Below are positions 50,690 through 63,065 of a stretch of 64,000 nt of DNA, one piece after another. The translations under genes and the position numbers were made by a program. This stretch comes from Scyliorhinus canicula (Eukaryota). A model generated the notes under the pieces. That model saw only the letters and a program-made list of their open reading frames with translations. It had not been told where the DNA came from and ran no database searches. Location: contig NC_052167.1 of NCBI RefSeq assembly GCF_902713615.1, positions 19,954,690 through 20,018,689 on the forward strand, read 5' to 3'. The first letter of the stretch is position 1, and each line of letters opens with the position of its first letter.

Positions 50690-51402
50690 AAAGGCCGTTT
50701 GTTTTGGCCGTGGTTAGGAACGCCCCATCGATGCTGCACTTTAGTCATTTCCTGTGCAGGAAGACTACTCGCCGATCATTTTTAAAGGCAGTCCCAAACT
50801 CCAGACCCCCTCCCCCACTTCACCCAACTTACCTCTTCCAGGGTCCTCGACCCCCTCACCTCGGAAGGGAAAGGCACCCCGGACCTGACCCCTGGCAAGG
50901 GGCAACCTGGCACTCGGGCACTTTGGCACTGCCACCTTGGCGGTGTTGCTGACAACCTGGCAGTGACACCTGGGCATCTTCTAGGATGCCAGACTGGCAG
51001 TGCCAACGTGCCTGGGTGCCAGCAGGAATGCCAGGGTGCCACCCTGCCCTGTCCCCAACCACCCGGGGATCTACAATGGCCTGGAGGAGCTCCACAACCC
51101 CCCCATCCAACCCAGGTGCCATGATGTCTGGTCTATATTTGTGGAAACTAGTGCGAAACGATGCTTGTCAAGGCCTCACTGGGGGAGGCCGTTAGCTCCC
51201 AGGCGCCAGGAGAATGCGGCTCCTTCATATTTATTTCTGCCGAATAGATAATTTAAATATGCTGATCTGATCTCGCCCAGTGCAGGCGAGATCTCGATCA
51301 CGATGTCTTTTGAGGTTTGGTTGAATCTCGTGAGGCGTCTAAAGCCTCGAGAATCTCGCAAGAGGTCTCTCACGTCACCAAGACGGCCGGTAAATCCCGC
51401 CC
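50690..51402. mobile_element. PIF/Harbinger-type MITE (second subfamily), left end degraded
   Basis: Ends taaatcccgccc; internal tggcac/gtgcca motifs as in 46155-46979. Confidence 0.65.
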
Positions 51403-51404
51403 TA

Positions 51405-52850
51405 AGTCTTATTTTCTTGTATCCCTCAGTAAATAGGTTGACAATTCCCAGGAGATGCATTTCCAACACAGCAGCTTTCTGCGGCATCATCAGCGTATTG
51501 GAACTCGGTGAGGTCTTGGTTGTCCTAACCTTTGATTGGAGCCATTGGAGATCAAATAGTTTACAATCCATTTGATAAAGTAGCTGCACTCCAGCAGGGA
51601 GTTTGTCACTAGTCAGACGGATGATGGCGGCAAGGAATGAAAAACAGAGTTGGAGCAATGACACCACCCCATCTTAATCCCAAGAGGGTTTGTAACGGAT
51701 CTGTTGTTAAGGCTCACGGCTCAGATCTCACCATGAAGCAGGCAATGGATAGTAACAAATTTTGGAAGGTATCCATACCTTCAGCAGAATCTTCCAGAGT
51801 GCCTCACGATTTACAGAGTCGAAGGCCCAGAGTCAAGACAAAGAGTATTATGTTGAGAGGCTGCTGTTACTCACATTTTTCTTGTAGTTGATGAGCTGTA
51901 AACATCATGCCGCCTGTTTCTCTTGATGGTTGAATGAGAGTTGAGGAATAGCTCTTCAGCAAATATAATACAGTAAGAAGTCTTACAATACCAGGTTAAA
52001 GTCCAACTGGTTTGTTTAGAATCACTAGTGGTAACCACTTGGACTTTAACCTGGTGTCATAAGACTTCTTGTTGTGCTCACTGCAAAGTGCCGGCTCAAA
52101 GTGGAGAGGACATCCAAGAAGATCGCGCCTATAGACAGTAATGTTTCAAAACAAACCTGTTGGACTTTAGACTTCTTACTGTGCTCGCCCCAGTCCAACT
52201 CCGGCATCTCCACATCATGGCAAATATAATAATAAGTCGGTTCAGAAGAGCAATCTTTCAAGCAATGGAAAGCCTCTGAAATTCCCACAGTTGTATTTGT
52301 CTCCTTCCTGTATCCAGATCTGAAGGATTAGGGCTTGCAGCTGTAAAGTTATGTTCCTTCCATCAGCGCTTAAAAACTTCAGCGGAAATTCCATCACTGG
52401 CTTGTTCTTCATTTGTCTGATAATCTCCATTATAGGTATTAGCGGAGTTCCAAGCTCACCTCTAACTGGGTGTTGTGGGATTCAGTGGTTAACAATTGAT
52501 CCTTGACTGAAACGGTCTTCAAAATGGTCTCTCCAACGGGCATTGACTGCTTCCCTTTCCTTGATCAGACCTTCCCAGTCCTTAGGCCTAAGAGGAGCAT
52601 GTCTAGGTCACCCTCTCCCGTGTCTTGGCCACTCTTTCAAGCCTGACCGTTACTCTCCACTCTTCCCCCTGAGGGATTTCGGTCTTCAATACACCACACA
52701 CGGCCTCAATGAAACTCAAAGCTGGTGTAGTATTCCTCAATTAGAACCAAATTGGTGCCGTTGTTGGAGGTCAAATGTCAAGGCCTGGCACGAGCTTCAG
52801 CGCCCTTGGCAATACCTTGTCCAGTAACTCCAGCAGCATCTCCTCCGCCC
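51405..52850 (-). mobile_element. Degraded RTE-clade LINE interrupted by a Penelope-like palindrome
   Basis: GVQLLYQMDCKLFDLQWLQSK and GDKYNCGNFRG.PLL resemble RTE/BovB RT segments. Confidence 0.65.
51968..52220. mobile_element. Penelope-like inverted pseudo-LTR fragments
   Basis: aagaagtcttacaataccaggttaaagtccaa versus ttggactttaacctggtgtcataagacttctt inverted repeat, plus a third partial copy. Family assignment is from memory of shark repeats. Confidence 0.55.
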
Positions 52851-52851
52851 C

Positions 52852-53208
52852 TTAGAACATAGAACATAGAACAGTACAGCACAGAACAGGCCCTTCGGCC
52901 CTCAATGTTGTGCCGAGCCATGATCACCCTACTCAAACCCACGTATCCACCCTATACCTGTAACCCAACAACACCCCCCCCCCCCTTAACCTTACATTTT
53001 AGGACACTACGGGCAATTTAGCATGGCCAATCCACCTAACCCGCACATCTTTGGACTGTGGGAGGAAACCGGAGCACCCGGAGGAAACCCACGCAGACAC
53101 GGGGAGGACGTGCAGACTCCACACAGACAGTGACCCAGCCGGGAATCGAACCTGGGACCCTGGAGCTGTGAAGCATTTATGCCAACCACCATGCTACCGT
53201 GCTGCCCC
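52852..53208 (-). mobile_element. HE1-like V-SINE (young subfamily, (TTCTATG)n tail)
   Basis: Near-identical to 57152-57500. Confidence 0.92.
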
Positions 53209-53397
53209 TTAACATGCAATGATTGTTCCTCCGGAGCTGGAGCAGTGTTAGAAAAATCCAATAAATAACTAGCAACAAAGGGACACCGGGAAAGTTACCC
53301 ACATCGATGTTTAATGCTCGAGCCTGGAAATAAGATGCACCTTGATCTCCCACCCACCAGCAATGCTCAGGGGCAAGAATGATGATCAGACTCTAAC

Positions 53398-53874
53398 TCT
53401 AGTGAGGGCTGAGAGGGATAGATGTGTCTGGAGGGCGGCACGGAGATATAGGGGGAGTGTGGACCCCGTTGTGTGCAGGTAGCAGAGCTGTGGATGTTAG
53501 CCCGAGATGGGCTGAGTTACATGTATAATCTAAGGAGTGTAAAGGGTTAACAAGATGATGTTCAAGTATCTCAACACTAGATGGCATCACTGAGTAGTCT
53601 TATAAAAGGCTGCGTCTAAGCATTCTGGAGAAGGGTAAGGAGAAGGATAATGAGAGGTTGAGATAGAGTGTTGGTTGTATTAGAAAGACATTATAGATTA
53701 CTGTAGCATAGATGTAATACTGTTGTTTTATTAGCTATTACCAGTAGAGTGTGCAAACCATTTAAAGTAGTGTAAAATAAACTAGCTTTGTTTTAAATAC
53801 ATAGCTTGATGTTCTTTGTAAACACTACAACTTTTAGCTATTTTGGAGAACTATACAAGGAATATCACATTACA
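53398..53874 (+). mobile_element. Possible solo LTR
   Basis: TATAAAAGG ~53601 and AATAAA ~53776 with LTR-like spacing; TSD not resolved. Confidence 0.4.
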
Positions 53875-54530
53875 AACCGGCGAAAATGTAATCAAAATAA
53901 ATTTTGAACTCCTATGCAGGAATATTCAGGAGGGGAGTACAGACAGGTAGAGGAAATGGGACTGCGAGGGGGAAGGAAAGATTAGACCCACAATGTGGAG
54001 AGCACAGGTAGGTTTGGGAATTGACTTGGTGCAGGTACAAAGTAAACAGAGGCCTAAGATTGTCGTGTAGGTCAAACTGTGATCATCAAGATCAGAAGGG
54101 GTGTATTGGAAGATGGGATATCCCCTCCCAGGTCTTCCAAGACAGCCCATCCCTCCTGAAACTGACTGCCCTTTCCCTTTAGTGGACTGCCTCTATTCCT
54201 ATCTCATCCCCCACCTCAAATCTTCCCCCATACCACAGACGTTCAGATTTTCCTTTCTTTTGTCAATCAGCTGACCTCTGACCCCCCCCCCCCCCCCCCC
54301 CCCATTGTCCAGCTCTGCTGGGTTACCTCAATGTGACAGACCCCACCAGGTCACCTGTCCGAAGGAGAGCAGGGGGTCCGCGCAGTATCTTGGCCAACAG
54401 TCATTCCCGCTCGCCCCCCTACCCAAACCTGCACAGCCATGAGAAAGATTAACTACCAATCACTGCTGTTTGTGTGACTTTGCTACGTGGAAAATTGGCT
54501 GTCCTTAATTTGCAGAAAAGTAATTCACTG

Positions 54531-54935
54531 TGATGTGTTGGGTATGCTGGGTCTGTGAAGACTGCGTTTACCAGAGCAGTGAGGGAGACAAGCTACCAAC
54601 ACTTGTAGAAGTACAACTCTATTTTATTTAACTCTGAGCTGTTAAACATACTTGCACTGTGGGTCAACGCTATGTTAGGTTGACTGAAGACCTGAGGTTA
54701 ACCTGACCAGACTATACTGCTTAGCACATGGTAGATGTTCGTGCTACTGATTACGGGCTCTGGCTGTCTCAGAGGCTGCATCCCGAATGAGCGGGAAAAC
54801 TAGTGCCCTCTGGCTTTATAGTGGCCGTGTCCTGCCTGGTGATTGGCTGCTATGTTCTGTGTGTTGATTGGTCTTTCAATGTGTCAGTCAGTGTGTGTCT
54901 CTGCACCATCATATACTTGTGTGTATATTATGACG
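54531..54935 (-). mobile_element. Solo LTR inserted into a Deu-SINE
   Basis: 5-bp TSD cactg at 54526-54530 and 54936-54940; TATA and AATAAA on the minus strand; termini TG...CG on the plus strand. Confidence 0.82.
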
Positions 54936-55293
54936 CACTGGCTGCATAAAACACTTTGAGGATGTGAAGGATACAACATTAATGCCAGTTCTTTAACACC
55001 ACTGTCTCAATCTTTGTCTGAGGCCGTGTCACAGATTAGAATTGGCCTTGCTGGAATATGATTGGGAAGAGTATTAAAATTGGTGAGAGGCAGCCTGCAT
55101 GATTTAACTGATGGGTAATGAAGTGGAAACCAATAGGGTGAAGAATAAAGCAGTCTTCAATGACGAGACAAAGGAAGTCAGAATACATTTGGCCAGTGGT
55201 CCAAAGTAGCCAACAGAGTTGGAGCGTCTGTTGGATCGGAGATTTCTTTGAATGACATGTATGATTTAAAAAGATGCCATGTTTCTTCCTCAG

Positions 55294-55459
55294 GTGAACG
55301 GGGAGGATCTGTCTGCCCTGTCTCACAGTCAGACTGTTGACATTCTGCGTACGGTACAAGGTGTTGTGAGGTTAACTGTCAGCAGAAAGCTGCCCGCGGA
55401 GATGAAGGACAATCGACCTGAAACTGAACTTTTGCCCACGAAACAATTATTACCCCCTG
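55294..55459 (+). CDS. ptpn20: Exon: C-terminal half of additional PDZ (VNGEDLSALSHSQTVDILR...LLPP)
   Basis: Acceptor ttcctcag|GTG, donor CTG|gtaaga, 166 nt, phase 0-1. Completes the PDZ. Confidence 0.93.
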
Positions 55460-55884
55460 GTAAGATATGGCAATTCCTGCGGATTTTGTACAGCTAAAAT
55501 ATTGTGGGTTGACTAAGACAATAACAGAATAAGTCTTATATTGAAGAGAGACAAAGCTCAAATAATATTTAAGGAGAGGATTATTTACTTGTTTAAAATA
55601 TTCCCCTGCAATGTTTCTATTTCTTAAGAAGATATTTTTTACAAATGGAATATGCTCTATAGTTTGCAAATTGCGTTTGTTCCAGTGGTGGCTTCTGATT
55701 GGCCCACGATCATCCAAAGTTCCGACTACCGTTGCACAGAATTGATACAGAAGGAGGCCATTCAGCCCATCACGTCTCTCCAAATGGGCAATTGACTGAG
55801 GCCTCAGTTTTCCAGTCCTGCCCGCCATGGGAATTTCCGGCCCCGGGGGTGGGCGGGAACAGAAAACCTACCCCTTAGTGTCAC

Positions 55885-56310
55885 CCCCCCCACCCTTCCA
55901 CCTCCCCCTCCCCCCCCGCACCCTTGCACCTCTTCCTCCCCCCGCACCCTTCCACCTCACCCTCCCCCCCGCACCCTTCCACCTCACCCCCCCACCCTTC
56001 CACCTCACCCTCCCCCCCCGCATCTTCCACCTCACCCTCCCCCCCCATCTTCCACCTCACCCTCCCCCCCCCAGACCCACCTCACCCCCCCACCCTTCCA
56101 CCTCACCCTCCCCCCCGCCCGCATCTTCCACCTCACCCTCCCCCCCGCACCCTTCCACCTCCCCCTCCCCCCCCCACCGCACCCTTCCACCTCACCCTCC
56201 CCCCCCGCACCCTTCCACCTCACCCTCCCCCCCCCCCCCGCACCCTTCCACCTCACCGCACCCTTCCACCTCACCCTCCCCCCCCCTGCACCCTTCCACC
56301 TCACCCTCCA
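55885..56310 (+). repeat. C-rich minisatellite, ~27-30 bp unit
   Basis: Unit gcacccttccacctcaccctc(c)n. Confidence 0.95.
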
Positions 56311-56494
56311 GGCCCTGTAACCCTGCACATTTTTTCTTTCGGACACTAATCCAATTTGAATGCTTTGATTGAATCTGCCGCCACCACACTATCGGGCAAC
56401 ACGTTCCTGGTCATAAGCCTTCGCTGCAGAAGGTTTCGTTACGTGTCTCCATTGCTTCTTTTCTAAATGACCTTAAACCTGTGTCCTTGCGTTC

Positions 56495-56686
56495 TTTTTC
56501 AAAAATAATTCCAATTAAGGGGCAATTTAGCGTGGCACATCTCCTTGGGCTGTGGGGGTGAGACCCACGCAGACACGGGGGAGAATGTGCAAACTCCACA
56601 CGGGCAGTGACCCGGGGCCGGGATCGAACCCGGGTCCTCGGGGCCGTGAGGCAGCAGTGCTAACCACTGTGCCACCGTGCTGCCCT
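56495..56686 (-). mobile_element. Short-tail V-SINE
   Basis: Same consensus as 2500-2720. Confidence 0.85.
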
Positions 56687-57151
56687 TTCCACGCGTCCTT
56701 TGTTCTTCAGCTTGTGGCTCTCTATTCTGCCCAGACTCATGATTTTGAATACCTCTGTAAAATCTAAGTATATCTCCCTCGTACCATGTCTCTTTCACCC
56801 ATCACCCCTTTGCTTCACTGATCTACATGGAACCCGGACAACATTTTAATTTTAACATAGGAACACCATCGTACCTCCCCAACTCTGTAACCAGACAACC
56901 CCCGGGCACCCCATGGTCTCTCAATTCAAACGGACACGTTTTTCAACCATCGGGCGAATTACCAAATTACCTATGGAGAAAAGGAGACCTGAAATAAAGG
57001 ATATTAGGGAAAGCAATCCCAGGAACGCAAGAAACCAACCAATCTTTTTTTTTACTTAAATTTTTCCAATTAAGGGGCACTTTAGCGTGGCCAATCCACC
57101 TACCCTGCATATCCTTTTGGGGAGAATGTAGAAATCACCCAATTCTAAGGC

Positions 57152-57500
57152 GGGCAGCACGGGAGCATGGTGGTTAGCATAAATGCTTCACAGCTCCAGG
57201 GTCCCAGGTTCGATTCCCGGCTGGGTCACTGTCTGTGTGGAGTCTGCACGTCCTCCCCCTGTGTGCGTGGGTTTCCTCCGGGTGCTCCGGTTTCCTCCCA
57301 CAGTCCAAAGATGTGCAGGTTAGGTGGATTGGCCATGCTAAATTGCCCGTAGTGTCCTAAAAAAAAAGTAAGGTTAAGGGGGGGGTTGTTGGGTTACGGG
57401 TATAGGGTGGATACGTGGGTTTGAGTAGGGTGATCATTGCTCGGCACAACATCGAGGGCCGAAGGGCCTGTTCTGTGCTGTACTGTTCTATGTTCTATGT
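57152..57500 (+). mobile_element. HE1-like V-SINE (young subfamily)
   Basis: Tail catcgagggccgaagggcc...gttctatgttctatgt closely resembles the CR1 tail at 20681-20745. Confidence 0.92.
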
Positions 57501-58569
57501 GACTCATTTACAAGATCTGCCTCAATGGTCTGTCAGCACAGCAGCTGCCTGCCAGCACGCGGCCACTTTGTACCCTGACAGACTCCACTCAAACCTCCTC
57601 CTGTCTTTCCTGTGTGCGGAATGTGGGAAAGGAGGAGAGTCATGGACTACACTCGGCAAACTCTCACTATCTTTGTCCCTGGGTGGGAGAATGAGTCAGC
57701 AACACCTCATACTACCATCTAGTGGTGTGAAGACGATCTCGCTGCCTCTGTCGCTGTCTTTGAATATTTCTCTTGTCTCTCCCTTTCCCTCTTTCTCTGC
57801 TTGTTTTTTTCCTGTGTTCGCCCGAGCAAGGACCATGGCATTCACAGGGGTGGAACTTGGAGAGAGAATTCCTTTTATTCCCAGCTCCATTGTGCTGGAG
57901 ACCCGGGACTGTCAGATAAAAGGCCCCCCCACTAAGGCTTCAAATCCTGGCCTGTTTCCCACCCAAATAAATTGACAGCAACATCTCCATGGCCATTGGG
58001 ATTGGGAGGCTGGGTCTGAAATGTGGTGCAGCAGCCGCGTTCCAATATTTCAATAAAATCAACGCTCTTTTTCAGGCAATAGACAGAGCCACCCAAAAGA
58101 AAAGGTGCCGAAATGATCACAGTTGCCTGAACGCCATACACAATGCGAATTTGATGTTGTGGCACCTGTTTTATCTCAAAGCAAGTAGAACGATTTTAAC
58201 TCCATCATACCTCCCCAACTCTGTCACCAGACACCCTTCCCCATCCCCCTTTCCGTGTCCCTCAGTTCACACGGAGACCCTTTTTAACCATCCCCCAATC
58301 CCACTGAACATAGGCCAAAATTTTCCGGCCCTTTCCACTGGCCAGAACTTACAGGCCCACAGATCCCCTGCCGGTGGAAAGCGGGAGCCATGGAAATAAT
58401 AACAATAATATAATAATAATAGAAAGAGCCGTTACTAGTGGCGGGGTGGGCAGCACGGTGGCGCAGTGGTTAGCACTGGGACTGGCGCTGAGGACCCGGG
58501 TTTGAATCCCCGGCCCTGGGTCACACTGTCCGTGTGGAGTTTGCACATTCCCCCCGCGTCAGACTTCGG

Positions 58570-58770
58570 AAAAATATATCGGCATTCCTTCACTGTCACT
58601 GGGTTAAAATCCCAGAACTGCCCTCCCTAACGGCACAGTGGGTGGACCTACACCACACAGACTGCAGTGGTTTCGAGAAGGCAGCTCACCACCACCTACT
58701 CTCGGACAATAAGAGGTGGTCAATAAATGCTGCCCTAGCCAGTGATGACCATGTCCTGTTAACTAATTTT
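58570..58770 (+). mobile_element. Short 3' end of the same old LINE
   Basis: ttccttcactgtcactggg...gaaggcagctcaccaccac. Confidence 0.7.
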
Positions 58771-60002
58771 TTTAAAGTACCATTTAGATGACAATTGACT
58801 AAATGCACACCTCAAGTCGAATCACCTTACTAAAATTGGAAAAATATCAGGATTCAATAAAATAAAAATGTAAAACATAAATTTAACAATGATCCTTAAC
58901 TTAATCTCTGAATAGATGTGATTAATTGAGTTTTTTCCTCATTCATATCTGTTTTTTCACTAATGCTGCTATTAAGTTAAATTAAATATTGAATTCTTAT
59001 GTGAAGCAAATTTTGTTGCCATGATGAACAGGTTTACTGAATCGAAAGTATATTAATCCGCTCATTCACAGTGTGGCACTGCTCTTTAGAAATAGTGAAA
59101 GCGGGCAGGGAGAGACGTGAGAGGAAGGGCGAGGGATAGGAAAGGGCAAAGCAGCTGATAACGAGGTACAGAGAAGCCATGGAGAGATAGAAATGGAGAG
59201 GGGGATTCCTTCTCCACCCCCTCACCCTGCGGAGGGTATATTCCGGCGGCAGAGGCGGCTCTCCATTGGCCTTCCGGTCCCGTCGATGCCAACAGGTGTT
59301 TTGCGTAGTTCGCCGGGGAAAAGCGGATCTCCGTCGGTGGGACTGGACAACCCCGCTGGTGGGAAGGGCCGGAAAATCCTGACCAGAGAAACTTCCGAGA
59401 TGATATACAGTAAAGATGAGAAGAAAGGAAATTTAAAGGGAAAGATTATAAACATTAGGTTCCCAGCAGTGTTGGTGAAACAGCATACGTTGCTGATCAA
59501 ATTCGGTCAGCAAATGTGATTCAACTTATTAGATTCATGCGAGACCCAGAAGCAAGACAAGTAAGGTAGACATTTAATTTCCTTAAAGGGTCTGTGGAAA
59601 CTGTAATTGTTTTGAAGAATGGTTGAAAATGACCTTTAAGACTTAATTGTCAAGGGATCAATTGTAATTTTCTTGACTAATAAGAGATCCTGACCTCTGT
59701 GATGTTGACCTGGAAGCACTCCCCCAAAAAAGCCAGCGCAGTGGCTGACCGTCAGCCCATTCAGCGGGACGTGAAACATAAACTCTCCCCAATAGGGCAG
59801 CCAAATCACCTCAAAGCGGCAGCCATGTTGCAAACTGATAAGTGGGACCAAATTGTCCCACTATGGTCTAAGCTCTCTGTATTTCGTCAACACATTTGCT
59901 GAAGACATTTCAATGGAAGTGAATTCTCCTCCAGCAGTAACATTCCTTGAGATGTCAATATCCTTCAGGACTATACAAATGCCACGAGACAAAATAAAGG
60001 TG

Positions 60003-60636
60003 GGGCGGGATTCTGCGGGAATCGGCGGGGCGAACAACTCCGGCGCCAAGGAATGGCGTGAACCACTCTAGCGTTGGGCCGCCCCAAAGGTGCGGAATCC
60101 TCCGCACCTTCAGGGGCTAGGCCGGCGCCGGAGTGGTTTGCGCCACGCCGGCCGGCGTGGAAGGGGCTTGGTGCCACGCCAACCGGTGCCGAAGGGCCTC
60201 CGCCGGCCGGCGCGAGTTGGAGCATGCGCGGGAGCGCCAGCACATGCGCAGGGGGAATCATCTCCGTGTCGGCCATCACGGAGGACCACAGCGGTCGACG
60301 CGGAAGAATAGAGTGCCCCCACGGCACAGGCCATCCCCGGATTGGTGGGCCCGGATTGCGGGCCAGGCCACTGTGGGGGCACCTCCCGGGGTCAGATCCC
60401 CCTGCGCTCCCCCCCCCCCCCCCGAGAACCCCGGAGGCTGCTCGCGAAGCCAGGTGGGACTAGCCGAAAATGGGCAGCCACTCGGCCCATAGCGGGCCAG
60501 AGAATCACCTGGGGGGGGGGGGGGGGGGGCGCTGCGGTGCGATTGAATTCTTCGGCGCCGGGGATTTGGCTGGGGCGGGATTCATGCCGCCCCCCGGCGA
60601 TTCTCCAACCCGGCGGGGTGTCGGAGAATCCTGCCC
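60003..60636. mobile_element. PIF/Harbinger-type MITE
   Basis: TIR GGGCGGGATTCT / AGAATCCTGCCC; 3-bp TSD gtg. Confidence 0.82.
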
Positions 60637-60879
60637 GTGATCTGAAGCACGACTGGAGCCCACAGCCACGTCACTTAGAGACTAAGGGACTACCAACTGA
60701 GCCTTGGCATTCCCAGTTGTGATCACTTATTTCAGAGAACCGAGAAACTCTATGTGTGATTTTCATTTTTATTTAATACCGATGTGTCTGTGCCCGATCC
60801 TGGAATTCTACCTTCTTACACTTGTATATTTGTATCAATATTTGATGATGCTAATGTAGATTTATTACTTCCTCGACAG

Positions 60880-60956
60880 AGGTCCAATTCCCACAGCACA
60901 ATCCACCCGTGCTTGATCTGGAACACTCGAGTGGAGGCCCTGGAGACTCCAGTGAG
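60880..60956 (+). CDS. ptpn20: Linker exon (EVQFPQHNPPVLDLEHSSGGPGDSSE)
   Basis: Acceptor cgacag|AG, donor GAG|gtaaga, 77 nt, phase 1-0, open. Confidence 0.7.
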
Positions 60957-61078
60957 GTAAGAGAAAATAACTCAGCCACAGTCCATCAACACAAATGCAG
61001 TGGCTGAGGGTGGGGACACACGTGACCTCTGCCCCCTGACCTCTCCAGAGCTTCCAGGGTCAGGTCAGGCTAGGATAT

Positions 61079-61848
61079 TGATGGAACCATCAATTCACCA
61101 GACACGTGTTTCCGATATGAATCTAGGCTTTAATCGACTTACTTCAGAGCTAGCCTGTTACCCGTTGATGAACTCTTAGTGAACTCAGGCTGACTCTGGA
61201 CAAGAGTATTTATACAGCAGCACTAGGGGGAGGAGTCGTGGACGGAGCCAAGGGTGGAGCCCAGTACAAGTTCCTGAGTACTCCCAGAGCTACTCCTAGT
61301 GCAGGGGTGGGCAAACTACGGCCCGCGGGCCGCATGCGGCCCGCCAAAGGTCTTTATGCGGCCCACCAAGATCAAGTCATTAAAAAAAAAACATTTTTTT
61401 TAAAAAATGTTTTTTAAAAATAAGGTTAAAAAATACTGGTATAGGGTGGATACGTTGACTTGAGTAGGGTGATCATTGCTCAGCACAACATGTGTTTCAT
61501 GTGAAGTTTCTACTTTAAAATATTAATTAATAAAAATTAATTGCTTTTTTTTCTTTAAACTGAGTTACTTTGTTTTTCAAATAAATGTGTTTCATGTAAA
61601 GTTTCTACTTTAAAATGTGAATTAATAAAAATTAATTGCTTTTTTTTTCTTTAAAAACCTTTTATTTTGGCTATTTTAAATATTAATTATTTTACTTAAT
61701 ATACTATGCGGCCCTTTAAAATTGTGAATTTCTGAATGTGGCCCATGCACGGAAAAGTTTGCCCACCCCTGTCCTAGTGGTTGGATAACGCTACTGCGCT
61801 TACAAAGACAGTGTGAATTATCATATCATATATATTACATTCACCACA
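61079..61848 (-). mobile_element. Solo LTR (contains the hAT insertion)
   Basis: TG...CA termini; 5-bp TSD gatat at 61074-61078 and 61849-61853. Confidence 0.88.
61302..61771. mobile_element. Non-autonomous hAT element nested in a solo LTR
   Basis: Perfect 16-bp TIR CAGGGGTGGGCAAACT; perfect 8-bp TSD tcctagtg at 61294-61301 and 61772-61779. Confidence 0.95.
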
Positions 61849-62226
61849 GATATTTAAGGTAAATACTGGCAGGGGCTGGCTGCAACCACCTGGACTATGT
61901 CGCGCCTGCCGCAGTGATTATGGGTCACGGTCAATCCTTAGGGTTAACCAGGGTAAGCCAACTGGGCCCCACTCCTGCCCATGAGCTGTCCTGTCTAGTG
62001 GGTTTATCTCTGTGTTGCTCAGCAATAGCGAGTCTAGGACCAGGGGAAATCCCCCCCCCCTCCCCCACCTTGCCGTCTCCCTCCGATGTCAGGACCCATG
62101 CATAGGCTGGGCACAGGCTCCTTCCACCCCTGTGCAGATTGGCTGCAAGCAGATTCGGAGCAGAAACCTGACATGTAAATGTCCCAACCTGACTGTGTCA
62201 AGCCTTCATTCCCTGACCTAAGGGCC

Positions 62227-62534
62227 TGTGGTGAATGTAATTCACACTGTAATATATATTATACCATGTCACTGTAAGCTCGACATACGAGCAGTTGCGT
62301 TGCCCTACCACTAGGGGGCGTTGCACTGGGAATGTACAGGAGTTTGTACTTGGGCTCCACCCTTGGCTCCACCCACGGCTCCTCCCCCTAGACTGACGTA
62401 TAAAGGATGATGCTGAAGAGCCAGCCACCAGTTCATCTGGAGTTCATCGTGTTACAGGCTGGCTCTGTTGTAAGTTGATTAAAACCACTGTTCACATCCT
62501 AAAGCACGTGTCTCGTGAATTGATGGTCACATCA
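62227..62534 (+). mobile_element. Solo LTR, same family as 61079-61848
   Basis: TGTGGTGAATGTAAT...CATCA; TATAAA ~62399, ATTAAA ~62478; 5-bp TSD gggcc. Confidence 0.9.
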
Positions 62535-62684
62535 GGGCCATTATTAGGGGCTGAGGATTTTGGCTCCAGATTGGAGGGTCTTTGTTATTTGGATACAGGC
62601 ATTCGAGAATAAATATTCCATTACTAATCAGAGCATTGTGGCATTAGAAGATAGCCCTGGACACCATTGAAGAAATGGACAAGT

Positions 62685-63015
62685 CATAGAATACCCCCTA
62701 AAGTGCAGAAGGAGGCCATTTGGCCCATCAAGTCTGCACCGACTCTCCGAAAGAGCACCCACCTAGGCCCAGTCCCCCACCCTATCCCAGTAACCCCACT
62801 GAACCTTTGGTCACTAAGGGCAATTTTAGCATGGCCAATCCACCAAACCTGCACATCTTGGGACTGTGGGAGGAAATCGGAGTACCCGGAGGAAACCCAC
62901 GCAGACACGGGGAGAACGCGCAGACTCCGCACAGACAGTGACCCAAGCTGGGAATTGAACCTGGGACCCTGGGGCTGTGAAGCAACAGTGCTAACCACTG
63001 TGCTGCTGTGCTGCC
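62685..63015 (-). mobile_element. HE1-like V-SINE
   Basis: Same consensus. Confidence 0.88.
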
Positions 63016-63065
63016 CACACAAAGCTTTACGGCGAACATGCTCAGCTGGGGTAAATACTTTAGTA

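Noticed and set aside
51968-52075. Hammerhead ribozyme in the second Penelope-like palindrome
   Set aside because: No CTGANGA...GAAA core is retained in this copy.
55827-56389. Extensin-like Pro-rich ORFs
   Set aside because: They are translations of the C-rich minisatellite.
59466-59565. Possible exon ending at caa|gtaagg
   Set aside because: Poor acceptor context, and it is not needed for phase continuity between 55459 and 60880.
61079-62534. Single DIRS-like element with inverted LTRs
   Set aside because: Each LTR has its own 5-bp TSD and no coding remnant lies between them.
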